This document shows positions 13,470 to 25,877 of a stretch of 64,000 nt of DNA, piece by piece. The position numbers and the translations under genes were made by a program. The notes under the pieces were generated by a model. That model was given only the letters and a program-made list of their open reading frames with translations. It did no database searches and was not told the origin of the DNA. The stretch's first letter is position 1, and every line of letters starts with the position of its first letter. Origin of the DNA: Lama glama (taxonomy: Eukaryota); contig CM052821.1 of NCBI GenBank assembly GCA_028534125.1, forward strand, positions 31,186,001-31,250,000, read 5' to 3'.

Positions 13470-14090
13470 GTGATTATTTTATTCTACTTTACTTTATTTT
13501 TATTTTTCCCAGTTTNNNNNNNNNNNNNNNNNNNNNNNNNNNNNNNNNNNNNNNNNNNNNNNNNNNNNNNNNNNNNNNNNNNNNNNNNNNNNNNNNNNNN
13601 NNNNNNNNNNNNNNNNNNNNNNNNNNNNNNNNNNNNNNNNNNNNNNNNNNNNNNACTTTTTTTTTTTTTTGGTGAGAATGCTTAAAATATACTCTTTTCT
13701 CAAATTTCAAGTATACCATACAGTATTATTAACTATAATCACCATGCCGTACCTTAGATACTCAGAATGTACTCATCTTATAACTGAAGTTTGTACCCTT
13801 TGACCAATATCTCCCCATTTCCCTCACCTGCCAGCCTCTAGCAACTACCATTCTGTGTTTCTATGAATTTGAGTTGTTTTTCTAGATTTCACATATAAGT
13901 GATACCATATAGTATTTGTCCTTCTCTACTTAGCTGATTTCACTTAGCATAATATGCTCTAGGTTCATCCACGGTGTTGCAAATGTCAGGATTTCCTTGC
14001 TTTCTATGATTGAGTAATATTCCATTGTATGTATATACCACATTTTGTTTATCCATTCATCCACCAACGGACACTTAGGTTGTTTCCATG
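13470..14090 (-). mobile_element. L1 3' end (L1MA9-like), spanning a 139-N gap (13516-13654)
   Basis: ggtgagaatgcttaaaatatactc...tacagtattattaactataatcaccatg...tagatttcacatataagtga...ggacacttaggttgtttccatg. Confidence 0.9.
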
Positions 14091-14574
14091 AGGTGCTGCT
14101 GATCTCAAATTCTGTTGTCTCACACTCCTTTTATACTCCTGTGGTTGCTGGTTGGTTTGAAGGTGGAGTTAGTACTCCCAGCAGCAATTGCCAGCATCAT
14201 GGGGACACTTGGCCACCAGGAGATTCTCTAGACTACTTTCTGTGCTGCTTTGTGGTGAACTGGAACAGGAATGTGTCCAAAATACTGACACTGACACTGA
14301 GGTTGGGCATGTACAATATCTAGAACCACTGAGGACAAAACAATGATGAAAAACATGGGAGATGCTTTATGCAGTGAATGGAAATTGAACACAGAGATGG
14401 AGACAGATAAAGAAGAAGGCTGAACAGCTGAAATACCTGATTTTTTTCCCAATCTCAGAGTGTTTTTTCCTCCTTAGGTAGACAGAACTTGCTGCAGTGT
14501 TACATGATATTATTGCCTGAGGTGACCACAGAATTTATGGATGAAGCCAAGATACTTTTGAGAGTAATAGGAGG

Positions 14575-14646
14575 TGTTAATCCTATTCCCAGGACAACAG
14601 GCATACCCTGACTGTCTCGGGCAAGGCAGGATGTATGGTCTGCCCA
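14575..14646. mobile_element. MER81/MER94-like hAT-Blackjack MITE fragment
   Basis: ggacaacaggcata...gactgtctcgggcaaggcaggatgtatggtctgccc resembles the reverse complement of the MER94 terminus. Confidence 0.5.
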
Positions 14647-14854
14647 GTATTTTCCTGTATGTCCATTCTAGTCTCCAGGATCTGTGTTCTAGATGTGCTT
14701 TGAAATGAGATCTGCTGTGTCCTGCCCCCCTGCCCCCAACATGGCCTAATGCATAATCACTTTCTTCTCATTGAGTGGGTAGTTCCCATTTCACCCTTCC
14801 TCAACTCTGCTCCCAGTTAGGCTTTCATGTTCTCAAATGTAGGGGTCAAGATGG

Positions 14855-15085
14855 ATTCTTTAGTCAAACAGACTTGAGTTTTAATTTTAGCCTGCCAATT
14901 ACTAGCTGTGATATTTAGGCAAAAGTTACTTAAACACCCCCAATTCTCTGATTTCTCACCTGTGAGGTGGGGATAGTAATGGTACCTACCTCCTACAGTC
15001 ATTGTGAGGATGAAATGAGGTAATGCAGGTAAACTGATTGACAGTTCCGGGCACATAGTAAGTGTTCAATGTACATTTGCTATAA
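14855..15085 (+). mobile_element. MIR SINE
   Basis: actagctgtgatatttaggcaaaagttactta...attgtgaggatgaaatgaggtaatgca...ggcacatagtaagtgttcaat. Confidence 0.9.
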
Positions 15086-15599
15086 TCACTAGCTATCAGT
15101 CTTGATGAAAAGGCAGATTATATAACTCTTCATATTTTACCCTCTAAGGCCAATAAATAACTAGAATAATATCCTACTGCCCTCCAGGTGAAATTAATCC
15201 CTTTCCCATTTGGCTTGTACTCTCACACTCCTCGTATAATGTTTAGAGTCCGTTATGCCCAACTAGACTTGTGTTTGTATCTATTTCCTCTCGTTCTTTT
15301 CTTCTTCTTATCCCCTGATCCCTGGCACTGCCTCACCCATGGTACATGCTCAGTAACTATTTGTGGAAATCAAATTCCGCTAAGGGTGGTTTGGAAAAGA
15401 CCATCCAAATTCTTTTCAACTCAGTAAATAAATGCACCACTCCGCATCATGGTCTCTGAAACCACCCTGCTTCACTCCTTTGGACTGGGAAATGCACACT
15501 TGAAATTCAAGGTCCTCAGAATAGAGGTCCAGTCTTGGGCTGAGTCTGGGAGCTAAATCAGCTGGCTTGTTGTGCTGGGCCTAGGTGAGCAGCAACGAA

Positions 15600-15820
15600 G
15601 TGAACTGGAGTGGACAGAATGGGAGCTTGGGAGACAAACAAATGTGTCCTGGCCCTGCCAGCAGCTTTGTGATTTTGGCTAACTTTATATCACTCACTGA
15701 GCCTCACCTTCCTCAGCTGAGTAGTGGAAATGATAACGTCTGTATTTTAGTTTAATCTAGGATAATAGATGATATACAGTGTGTAGCATGTTAGTGGGAG
15801 TTCAATAAATAGTGACTGTT
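15600..15820 (+). mobile_element. MIR SINE
   Basis: tcactgagcctcaccttcctcagctg...ttcaataaatagtgac. Confidence 0.65.
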
Positions 15821-16099
15821 GGTCTCCTGGACATAAGTCTAGTTATTCAGGTAAGAATTCCCAGCAGAGCTAAGATGAATTTAGAAGGCCAATCACAAAA
15901 CAACTTAGCAGGGGTCATCAACAAGCCGGAATCAGAAAACAGGAGAAAAGCTCTTATGTTAAGAAATTGACCAGGCTCAGAGCAAGAGGCCATAAAATAA
16001 ACCCAAATCCCCAGCCTGACATGGGTACCCAGGTCAAGTTAACCAGTGTATTTTGCTTATACAGAGATTCCCAAGACAAATGCTGCCTTTTAAACTCTA

Positions 16100-16266
16100 G
16101 CCTTGCTACCCAAAGTGTAGTCCAAGGACCAGCAGCATGAACATCACCTGGAAGCTAGTTAGAAATGCGGGTCCTCAGGCCCCACCTCAAACCTCTAAAT
16201 CAAAATCTGAATTGTACTAAGATCCCCTGGTGATTCACATGGACATGAACACTTGAGGAGGAGTGA
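16100..16266 (+). mobile_element. MER5A1 hAT-Charlie MITE
   Basis: gctacccaaagtgtagtccaaggaccagcagcatgaacatcacctggaagctagttagaaatgc...aagatcccctggtgattc. Confidence 0.9.
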
Positions 16267-16679
16267 CCTATCAGAAACCAGGACACCCCAGATTGACTTT
16301 TCTTGAAAATAACATCTGCCTGAGTCTGACAGGCCAGGACTCTGAACTCCCACTTGGCTTGCCAGGCTCTGAGGTGGGGTACTCTTCTGCTCCAGGTCCC
16401 CAGGTCTAAGACTGCTGGTTGCATAGAGCCACACCAGCCCTCGTGGGGACTAAGGGCCCTCTGCTGGGACCAGGAGGCTGTCTTTCTTTGGAAACCTAGA
16501 TTCCTTGGAGCTGTGGCCAGGTTCTCATGGAAGAACCTCTTGTTTACTTGCTACTGGCCAGTCTGCTCACTCTCTCCAAATAGTCCACCACTCATTTGCT
16601 TATGTCATTTCTTTCTCTTGGATACCTTCCTCTACTGTCCCAATCATCCAAACTTGTTGCAATCTTCATCTTCTTTAAG

Positions 16680-16897
16680 CCAATGGCTCTTAACCTTGTC
16701 TACATTTTAGAACCATCTAGTTACAATCTGCTGGTAGGGTTAAAAAAAAAAAACCCAAACCAAACAAACAAATAAAAAACAATGTTCAAGCCTCACCTTT
16801 GACCAAACCTGAATCTTTAGAGAGCACTCGGACATTAGTATTTTCTTAAAACTTTCCAGATTATTCCAATGTGCAGTCAAAACTGGGAACCACTGCT
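16680..16897 (+). mobile_element. MER5B hAT-Charlie MITE with internal A-rich expansion
   Basis: caatggctcttaacctt...ttagaaccatct...ttccagattattccaatgtgcagtcaaaactgggaaccactg. Confidence 0.75.
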
Positions 16898-17489
16898 TTT
16901 AGCCTTTATTATTTTCTTTACTTCTAAATTATCTATGGTCTTGCAATACACAAGAAAACTTTATGTTATTTTGTGCTGTTCTCTAATTTGTCAATCATCG
17001 CCCCAAATTAACTGTCAGATCTTACCCAGTGGTGCTGGAGCAGGCTCATCTGGGCTTATGAAAGGCAGAAACAGTCTATGACGGTGGGCTACTGTGTGTA
17101 TCTCTTTCCAGCTCCACCTTCATTGAGCTCCTGTTGGGAGCTTGCAGTCGGCCAGAAAATAGGCATACAAATCAGAGCACGCACATTTATTTTTTTTCCA
17201 GAGGGCTGGTTGTTACCAGCATACCTCTGTTCTTTATGCTGCCCCACATTTAGTTCCCAGAGCTGGGATTAGGGTAGATATTTAATGGGTTATTACTGGG
17301 GCAGGAGTTCTCAGGACAAGATTAGTTGAGTTTGAAATAAAACAAGAGGGTAGAGATGGAGGATGGAGAGGGCTGGAGTGTAAGCCTGGGTAGAGGGTAT
17401 GGCTCTCCGTAGAAAGACAAAGGTTCAAAAGAAGCAGGTTTGCTTTGACAAGCAGTGATTTTAGGAAAATATCTAAGTCAGGTGGCAAT

Positions 17490-18295
17490 GATGAAGAATT
17501 TGAACAGAGACTTTACAGAAGCTGTATGAATGGCCAGTAATAGTGCTCAGCATCATTACTCATCAGGAAAATGCCAGTTAAACCTACAAAGGCAATATTT
17601 TATTCCCGATAAATGGTTAAAATAAAAAAGACTGCTAATACCAAATAATGGAAAGAATGTGAAATAACAGGAACTTTTGTACATTCCTGGTTGGGGGTAT
17701 AAAATGAAGCAGAATCTTTAGAGAACTTTTTGTCAATTTCCTATAAAGTTAATGTTCCTCTATATTATTAACAAGCATTTCCATTCCCAGGCATTTACCT
17801 AATTGGAAGGAGAACCTTCCAATTAGGCCCATGAAAAGACTTTTACAAGGATTGCAATCTTACTCATAACAGCTAAAAAACTAGAAAGAAACAAAATGTC
17901 CATCTACAGGAGTATGGATAAACTAATGGTGATATATTCATAAAATGGGAACATACTCAGCAATAAAATAAAAAGGAGTGAACTACTGATACTGCAACAA
18001 TGTTGGTGAATCTCAGAAACTGTAGTAAGCTGGGCACAAAACTGTACACATCACGTGACTCCACTTATGTGAAGTTCAAAAACAGGCTAAATTAATCTAT
18101 GATTATGGAAGACAAAATGGTGGTTTTATTCACTGGAAAAAGGCACAAGGGAACTTTCCAGGGTGATGGAAATGTTGGACATCTTGTTTGAATTGTAGTT
18201 ATGATTATATGCAATAGTCAAAACTCATTGAACTGAATACTTCAGATCTACGTATTTTATCTTATGTGACTTATACCTCAAAAAATGGTAAATAA
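17490..18295 (+). mobile_element. Old L1 3' end (L1ME-like)
   Basis: ttgaacagagactttacag...aaatgtccatctacaggagtatggataaac...atactcagcaataaaa...ggtgatggaaatgt...ttatacctcaaaaaa. Confidence 0.85.
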
Positions 18296-18310
18296 TATAT
18301 GCATATATAC

Positions 18311-18785
18311 TGTATAACTTGTCTATTGCTGCATAACAAATTACCCCAAAATTCAAAGCTTAAATCAATAAACATTTATCATCTCACACAGTTTCTGACG
18401 GTCAGGAATCTGGGAATAGCTTAGCTGGGTGGTTCTGACTCATGAAGTTGTAATCAAGTTACTAGCGAGGGTCACAATCTCAGAAGACTTGCTTAGGAGT
18501 TGAAGGATTTGCTTTCAAGCTCACTCACCCAGCTGTTGGCAGGTGGCTTCATCTCTTGACCACCTGGGCCCTTCCATACAGCTACTCAGAACATGAGTGG
18601 GAATGACCAGGTGAGTGACCCTAGAGAGAGAACTCTCATCACAGAAGCCACCGTCTTTTATAGCTAATCTCAGAAGTGGCATACCATCACTTCTGCAGTG
18701 TTCCATTGGCCACAAAGATCACCCCCAGTACAGTTTGGGAGGGGAGTACCCAAGAGTTGGAATGCCCTTGTGGAGGGTGGGGCTA
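18311..18785 (-). mobile_element. MaLR solo LTR (MLT1F/G-like)
   Basis: tctattgctgcataacaaattaccccaaaa...acagtttctgacggtcaggaatctgggaatagcttagctgggtggttctg...ccatcacttctgcagtgttccattggccaca. Confidence 0.85.
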
Positions 18786-19199
18786 GTGGAAAACTTTATA
18801 CAGTGCCCGGCAGTTCGACCAATATCATGGTTATTATTTGGTATTCCAGGCATATTGGGCAAAATGTATTCACATCTCGTGAATATATCTTGAGCATCAG
18901 GAGGTCCCAGTGAAATCAGTTTTAGCTGAGAGGGGAGGAGAAGTCAGGGAGGAATATACCCTTCAATAAACCAAAAGGAGTAAAGGACTCAGTCTGCCAA
19001 GAACAGAACAAGGCAGTGAGAACTCAAGCCACACAGGGAAGGGGAGAATTTGACAAATGGTAGAAGGAAGTCGGGTCAAGGGGTGACATGCTGGGGGATA
19101 GGGATATATGAACACACTTATTGGCTGTAACGACACCACCCTCTCTTGGTTCCTCTCTTCCTTCCCCAGCTGAAATGTTTTGAACGGCTTTGCTGGCTC

Positions 19200-19480
19200 A
19201 TGCTTCTTTCATCCTGGAATGACCTTCTTCCCTCCTTCCAAGATTGACGACACTCCCGCTTCTCGGCAGTGGCTCCTTTCTCCGCTGTCACAGTGCATCC
19301 TTTGTACCTGTGGCCTGACTCTTATTTTATTCTGTTTGATTTGATTGCTAGTTGTTTACCTCTATCTCTAACACTATTTTTTGAGCTTCCTGAGTCCAAG
19401 GACTGTGTCTTATCTGTTCTCAGTCTTTCTGAAGTGCCTGACACATAATAGATGCTCTATATGTGTTGGCTGAAATAAAA
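19200..19480 (+). mobile_element. L2 3' end
   Basis: gagcttcctgagtccaaggactgtgtctta...gtgcctgacacataatagatgctc. Confidence 0.75.
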
Positions 19481-20529
19481 CGGCATGTGACTGAAATTTA
19501 AATCCCATGTTTTCTAAACTTAAAATGTTCAAAAGCCTCATAGTCTTTTTATTAACCAGCAAATTAGTCAATCTCCAATAGAAAAGAATGACTCTCCCTC
19601 TTCACACACATTTTAGCTCCTTTGGGAGCCCACGACTGTACAGGCCTAAGTCAGAAAGTTTTCGTGACTTTAGGTATCACGGTGACAGTTGATGTTGAAC
19701 TTAAAAAAAGCACAGAGGGACAGATTAACTCTAATGACAAAGAAGAAGTCCAGTTCAAAAAGAGAGTATCTCAGACAGCTGTGAGCCATTCAGGAACTGA
19801 ATCAAACGTTTCATTGATTTTTGCTTATAAGTTCCAATTCTTGTACTTTTTCTATTTATATATCCAAAGCCATGTACTTAATAATACTCCTTAAGCACCC
19901 TTTTCATCACTGCTCCTGGTAATTCCCTAATTAAAAATCCATCGTAATCCCCAGCTTTTTTTGTTTTTTACTTGAAAGATGTGTTTATTTACAGTAGATG
20001 GATTTCTGTTATACCCTTGCAGTTTTGGTTATGTGATATCCTCTTTCTTCTCCAAGGGCCTTGAGTCCCAAATACTTCTGTAAGGTCTGATCATGGACAG
20101 GTATCATGGAGCATAGCTTCAAGGGCTTCAAGGGCTTTCCAGGTTGGAAGAGAAAAAATCATGGTGATCTCACTCTTGGAAGCACAAGTAGGTTAAGTGT
20201 CCCAGGACAGTCCCTGTCAACAAGACAGAATTCAGTGCCTGTGTCCTTAATCTGCCCCATCATTGAGGCCCTTGTCCTGAGACACAAACCCAGCCCAATT
20301 TGTGAGTCAGCCTTGACTAGGCTGAAAGTACAGCTGTGAGTCCCACCCACGGGTGGACTCCAGAATTAATTAGGGCTGGTTGCCAGTCCTGCCATCCACA
20401 TACGCCCTTTTGCCATAATCTTCAGGGCATTTTACAAGAATCAGTCAACATGAGTAAGGGGCTAAGTATGAGGATGGGACTTTGTGCTTCTGTTTTCCTA
20501 CTTAGTCCTTTAATTGGGTCCAACGGAGT

Positions 20530-20760
20530 GAGAGACAGTATGATATATTTAATAGAAAGAGCCCAAAATCTAGTCAAGCTAATCTAGAGTCTTCTTCCCA
20601 CTTCCATCTCTTATTAGCTGTCTAGTCTTGGACCCATTATATAACCTCCTTTCCCATTTGGGAAATGGAAGGAACAATATTTCCATTATTATTTGTTACA
20701 ATAATTAAATGACCAGAGGGGTGTGCAGGCCCTAGCACATAGCATGTGCCCACTAATGTT
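20530..20760 (+). mobile_element. MIR SINE
   Basis: ttattagctgt...aaatggaagg...attaaatga...cctagcacatag. Confidence 0.6.
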
Positions 20761-21089
20761 ATTTCTGTTTCTATCTTCCCTTAAACTGGAGTTCTGTCCT
20801 TCCAGCCCAATGAATCCATGGAGAGTATTCCCCAGACTCTATGTTCTGTTGCCATGTCTACCTATCAACTCTCTTTCATGATAGCTTGACTTCCAGTTGA
20901 GTTCACTTCTTTGACTCCTTGGAAGTGATACCAGGCCAAACAAACACAAGGTCACTGCCTTTTGGACTTGTTATTATGGATTGGTGGTTTCTTTTCCTGG
21001 GGCACAATTTGGCTGTTGGTTTAGTTTTCCCTCTCGGCCTTAGCTAGTCCCAGACCCTCCCGTCCCTCTGCTCAATGTCAGTAAGACAC

Positions 21090-21355
21090 AGGTAAGCAAA
21101 GTGGAATAGTGTTCAAGTTTACAGATTCTAGAATTGCACGGCTCAGGTTTAAATCCCATCACCACTACTTCCCTACTGTGAGATTGTAGGCAAGCCCCTT
21201 TACTCCTCTGAAGCCTCAGTCTTTCCATCTTTAAAAGGAGCTTCATAGTATTACCTAACTCCAAGACAATGGGGAGAATCACCTGAGAAAATACATAAAA
21301 AGCTTTAACAAACTGCCTGGCACATAATAAACGATCAATTAATATAGGCTATTAT
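21090..21355 (+). mobile_element. Near full-length MIR SINE
   Basis: ggtttaaatcccatcaccactact...ctctgaagcctcagtctttccatctttaaaagg...tgcctggcacataataaac. Confidence 0.9.
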
Positions 21356-22099
21356 TTTATGCTTTGCTGCTGAGCCCAGCTATGTACTGAGGATAAGCAT
21401 GAATCACAAAGCTATATTCCTGTCTTGAATACTGCTTACCTGTCAGTAGTTGGAATCAGGCCACTATTATTTTCTGTCAAATTAGGCAGTTCCTATTTTG
21501 TATGACGAATTTTGGATGAAGAATGAGTGATTCATTGGCCACACATACACTGGAGCATGTTTTTATTTATTTTCTTTATCTAGTCTATTCTCAAGGGACC
21601 TCAGAATTCAGGTTTGAAGTAAGGAAAGAGTGGTCCGTCAGGATTCTTAGCTCATCTATGTCCATATGTTCATGAGCTGAAAGGAAGAATTTGAATCTAG
21701 AAGAAAGGTGATCTGTAAGCAGCCTATTGCAATAATCTTGGTGAGAATCTCTAAAGATCAGAACCAAGCAGAGGGATATGAGAGTAAAAGTCCCCATGAA
21801 TTCTGGGCTTTAGAGTGCCCTGCATGTCACAGACACAGAAAGACTATGTTGATGAGACAACACATGAGGGCCTCTGTGACTTGGAATCCTGCACTCAAGG
21901 CCAGCGCAGAGTGACTGAAAACCTAAGATGTTATTCCCTTGGTTGACACCATTGAAGCCCTAGGGAAAAACTTCTCCAAATTGGTCGACCTACATCCTCA
22001 GAAGAAAAGACAATTGTATCTACAGGCCACGAAAGTCTGTGGGTTGTGCTCCTTCTGATGTGGAAGTCAGAAACTCTTTAGGAAGACAGGGTGCATTTG

Positions 22100-22937
22100 A
22101 CTGGCAGGAGGGTTTAGATTAAAAACAAAAAAATTTATTTAGCTTGTCAGTTCTTCCTGTACAAAGCATGTGTGAAGCAAGATATTGGTTCTTTACATTG
22201 GCAGATAAATGTAGAATTAAGTTTGAGTTTTATAAAAGCATTTAATAATGTTAAATAATTTTTTTAGGAAAGAAAGCTTTGTTTTGTTTTGATTTACATT
22301 TTGATACTTCTTGATTATAACTTGTATTTTTCTTTTAATTTTAATAAACTATTTGAATGTTTGAGAAGAAACATGACTTTTGAAAGCACATGAAAAATAC
22401 TTTTTTATATTTAAGTTTGCTTTATTTTGTATTTTTGATTAAAATATATTCAGATTTGGTGTGCTTTGGACATAATTACATTTTCACTTTTAATACCTTA
22501 GATCATTATTATCAATAGAATCAAACTCTGTGAAGATCTTGATAAGAATAATATAATAAGTAATTTTGCTGAAGTAAAGACAAAAAAAGAATTTTATGAA
22601 ATAAAATTTTATGTAATAATTTTTGAATTATGTATGCTTTTTCTTAATTACTCACCCAAACTTTGGCAGCCCATCAACTGACTATTGAGACATGTACAAT
22701 ATTAATTAAATTCACTCATCCTTGATATTTAATAGACTTTCAATTGTATAAAAACAATAGGTTTCCATATTTCAGAAAATTCTTGTCATTCAGAAGATAT
22801 ACTTGGTAAGGTAGGGGATAGAATGTATTTTATTAAGCAGTCTATATGCCTGGGTTACAACTTCAAAATATTTAGACATAAGGTAGGTAGGCCTCCATTT
22901 GTACTCCTGAAGTGGAACAAGGTTAGGAGTAGGCCTG
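22100..22937. mobile_element. hAT-Tip100 DNA transposon end (Zaphod/MER115-like)
   Basis: Very AT-rich body ending aaatatttagacataaggtaggtaggcctccatttgtactc...gttaggagtaggcctg, resembling the recalled Zaphod/MER115 terminus. Confidence 0.7.
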
Positions 22938-23194
22938 CTGGTGTTATATAGTCCTCTCATCCAAGGTTGATATTTCATCAAGGTTGATGAAACAAAAACA
23001 GGAAAAGTGAAGGCAGTGATGCCAACCTGAAAACCAACTGACCAACCAACCAATTAACCAAAGACAGAACAGATAACAGCAGAAAGCAGTCACTGAATCT
23101 GTTTCTGCCTGTTCACATGATGGACTTAACATCCTAAACACAGTTACTCTGAACTCCAAATGCATTGCCCATAAATTTTAGGCAAAAGTGTTCC

Positions 23195-23612
23195 TTTTTT
23201 TTTTCACTTGAAGTATAGTTGATTTACAATGTTGTGTTAGTTTCTGATGTACAGCAGAGTGATTCAGTTATATATACATATTTTTATATTCTTTTTCATT
23301 ATAGGTTATTATAAGATATTAAATATAGTTCCCTGTGCTATACAGTAGGGCCTTGTTGTTTATCTATTTTGTAAATAGTAGTTTGTATCTGCTAATCCCT
23401 AAGTCCTAATTTATTCCTCCTCACCGCACTTTCCCCTTTGGTAACCATAAGTTTGTTTTCTGTGTCTGTGAGTCTGTTTCTGTTTTGTAAATAATTTCAT
23501 TAGGGTCATTTTTTTAGATTCCATGTAAAAGTGATATTGTATGATAGTTGCCTTTCTCTTACTTCACTTAGTATGATAATCTCATGTTGCTGAAAACGGT
23601 ATTATTTCATTT
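23195..23612 (-). mobile_element. Young cetartiodactyl-type L1 3' end, 5'-truncated
   Basis: Poly-T, then gaagtatagttgatttacaatgttgtgttagtttctg...ccctgtgctatacagtagg...ccctttggtaaccataagtttgttttc. Confidence 0.92.
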
Positions 23613-23642
23613 CAAATTGTCCTTTTTAAAATTTTTTTTTAA

Positions 23643-23847
23643 ACAGTTTTCATTAATTTTTTTTGAAGTGTAGTTGATTTACAACGTTGTATTAGTTTCT
23701 GGTGTACAGCATAGTGATTCGGTTATATGTACATACATATTCTTTTTCATTATAGGTTACTGCAAGCCTTTGAATTTAGTTCCCTGTGCTATACAGTAGG
23801 ACCTTGTTGTTTATCTATTCTGTATATAGTAGGTTGTATCTGCTAAA
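23643..23847 (-). mobile_element. Second young L1 3' end, adjacent to the first
   Basis: ttttgaagtgtagttgatttacaacg...gtacagcatagtgattc...ccctgtgctatacagtaggaccttgttg. Confidence 0.92.
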
Positions 23848-24244
23848 TTTTTTTTTTTAATGAAAGGCAGGTACAGACTACAGAATCTTCCATTCCTGAT
23901 TTGATCATGTTTAATCCATTGGCCACCTGCTAATATTGAAATGGAATTTAGTCATAATAATATACTTAATTCAGAAAATCAATATCCAGATATTTTGACA
24001 TTCTTAGAATCTAAAGACCCAGTCCATAGATAGTGATTAGAGGTGACCAAGGCACAGAGCTCAAATTAAAAGAAATTAACCATAAACTCAGAAGGACGAA
24101 TTTCTCATCTTGAATTCCTCACTGACTTATTGAAAAATGTTACCTGGATACTATTCAAATGTCAAATGGCTTTACCTTCTGTGCCACCAAGAGCATTCAG
24201 ATGGTCATTAAGGTAGAAGGCAACTGAAATGTGCAAGAAGCAAG

Positions 24245-24300
24245 ACACACACAACGCACACGCACACACACATGTACACACACACGGATGTATGCACACT
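24245..24300 (+). repeat. Degenerate (CA)n repeat
   Basis: Directly visible. Confidence 0.8.
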
Positions 24301-25139
24301 TGCAAACAAAAAGTACCACATCACTGGCTCTGGGTTTTGAGTTCAGGAAGGGCTATGCCAACATGCTTTGTAATTCTTATGTTCTACACACCAATGCATA
24401 GAAAGCACATTTATTCATCCTGAGAGTAAGTATTTAAGAAATTAGCAAGGATTAGGAAACTCTTTTATAAACATCTCTTTGGGCTTACTTTATAAGGTTC
24501 TATGAAACAGTGAAATCATTGTTCTATATCAGAGCCTAATCTCCTTGGGAATAGCATTTTACTCTCTGGTGCCATTGCTTTGTAGTTGAGTGTATATGAA
24601 GTCTGAGAGCCATGTATAAGCCACAGGGACAAATGGGTTCCTCTCATAAGTCCTCACTGTTACAGTCTATATTTATAATCAGACAATCAATATGGCTAAC
24701 ATTTGCCAACTTCACTGGAGGAGAGTGAGTGATCCTGTCTGAGATCCACGATACTAGAGAAATGATGTGAAGAAGCTGTGTGAATGGGGTTCATTGTTTG
24801 CCTGTATTTTAAATGTTCTCATTTTTCACAACATTTTATGGAGAGCTCTTAAAAGGCCTTATTGATAGAGATACTCATTAAATGTCAGTTTTAAAAGAGG
24901 TGTTGTTGATGTAATGTAATATAATATGCTTTTGCACAAGGCTTTTCATCCCAGTGTTTGAGGAATACTTTGCCAACCCAATCCTATCACCAGAATCCCA
25001 GATGTAATTCATAGAAGCTAAGAAAGCTGCCCTCTAGATGTAAATTCAAATGCATAGAATATTTGTTAGATTTAACACCCAAAAATGATTGGCATACATT
25101 TAGCACATGACTTTTTATCTCCGTGATAACTGGAGGCTG

Positions 25140-25870
25140 AATATTCACTCATTCAAAAACCATTTATTGAACATCTACCATATACCAGGTGCAGTGCTGG
25201 GCATAGATTTAAAAAGCTATTGTTTTTACCTTCTAATGACGGAAACAGACTGTCATTAGACAGAAGTGTGAATACGTTGACAATGCCATGTGACAACTGC
25301 AATTGAGTGCCATTTATGCAGTGTAAATGCAACGTAGGAACCTGTGAAGTTAGTTTGAGTAGAGCACTGATTTTCAGAACATGGTCCCGTCCCGGCAGAA
25401 TCAGCATCATCTAGAAGCTTATTAGAAATGTAAATTCTCAGGCCCCAGGACTACTGAATGCTAAACTCAGAGGGTGAACTCTGCAATCTATGCTCTAACA
25501 AACCCTCCAGCTAATTCTGACCCTTGCTCAAGTTTAAAAAAACACTGGCCCAGAGCAGTGATTCTCAAACTCTGGTGCATATTAGTAATCGCTTGAAACT
25601 CCCCAGGCTCAGGCCACAACCCAAACCAATTAAATCAGTCTATCACTGGGGGTAGATGAAGCGATGTAGGTGCCAGATTTTAAAAGTCAAATAAGATATT
25701 TCCAGGAAGACAGCGAGGAGGCATTTCATGCAGAGGGAAGATTCCACAGAAGCTTGGAAGCATGAAACAGCTCTGGATATTGGAGGTAAAATCAATACTT
25801 GCTGACGCAAAAAGTTGGAAGGGAAAAGTAAAGGAAGAAGAATGAACTGGAACAGTAGACAAGGGCCTGT
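25140..25870. mobile_element. Antisense L2 fragment interrupted by tandem MER5A (~25363-25548) and MER5B (~25555-25660)
   Basis: cactcattcaaaaaccatttattgaacatctac (L2); cagcatcatctagaagcttattagaaatgtaaattctcaggcccca (MER5A); agcagtgattctcaaact...aaaccaattaaatcag (MER5B). Confidence 0.8.
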
Positions 25871-25877
25871 TCACAGA

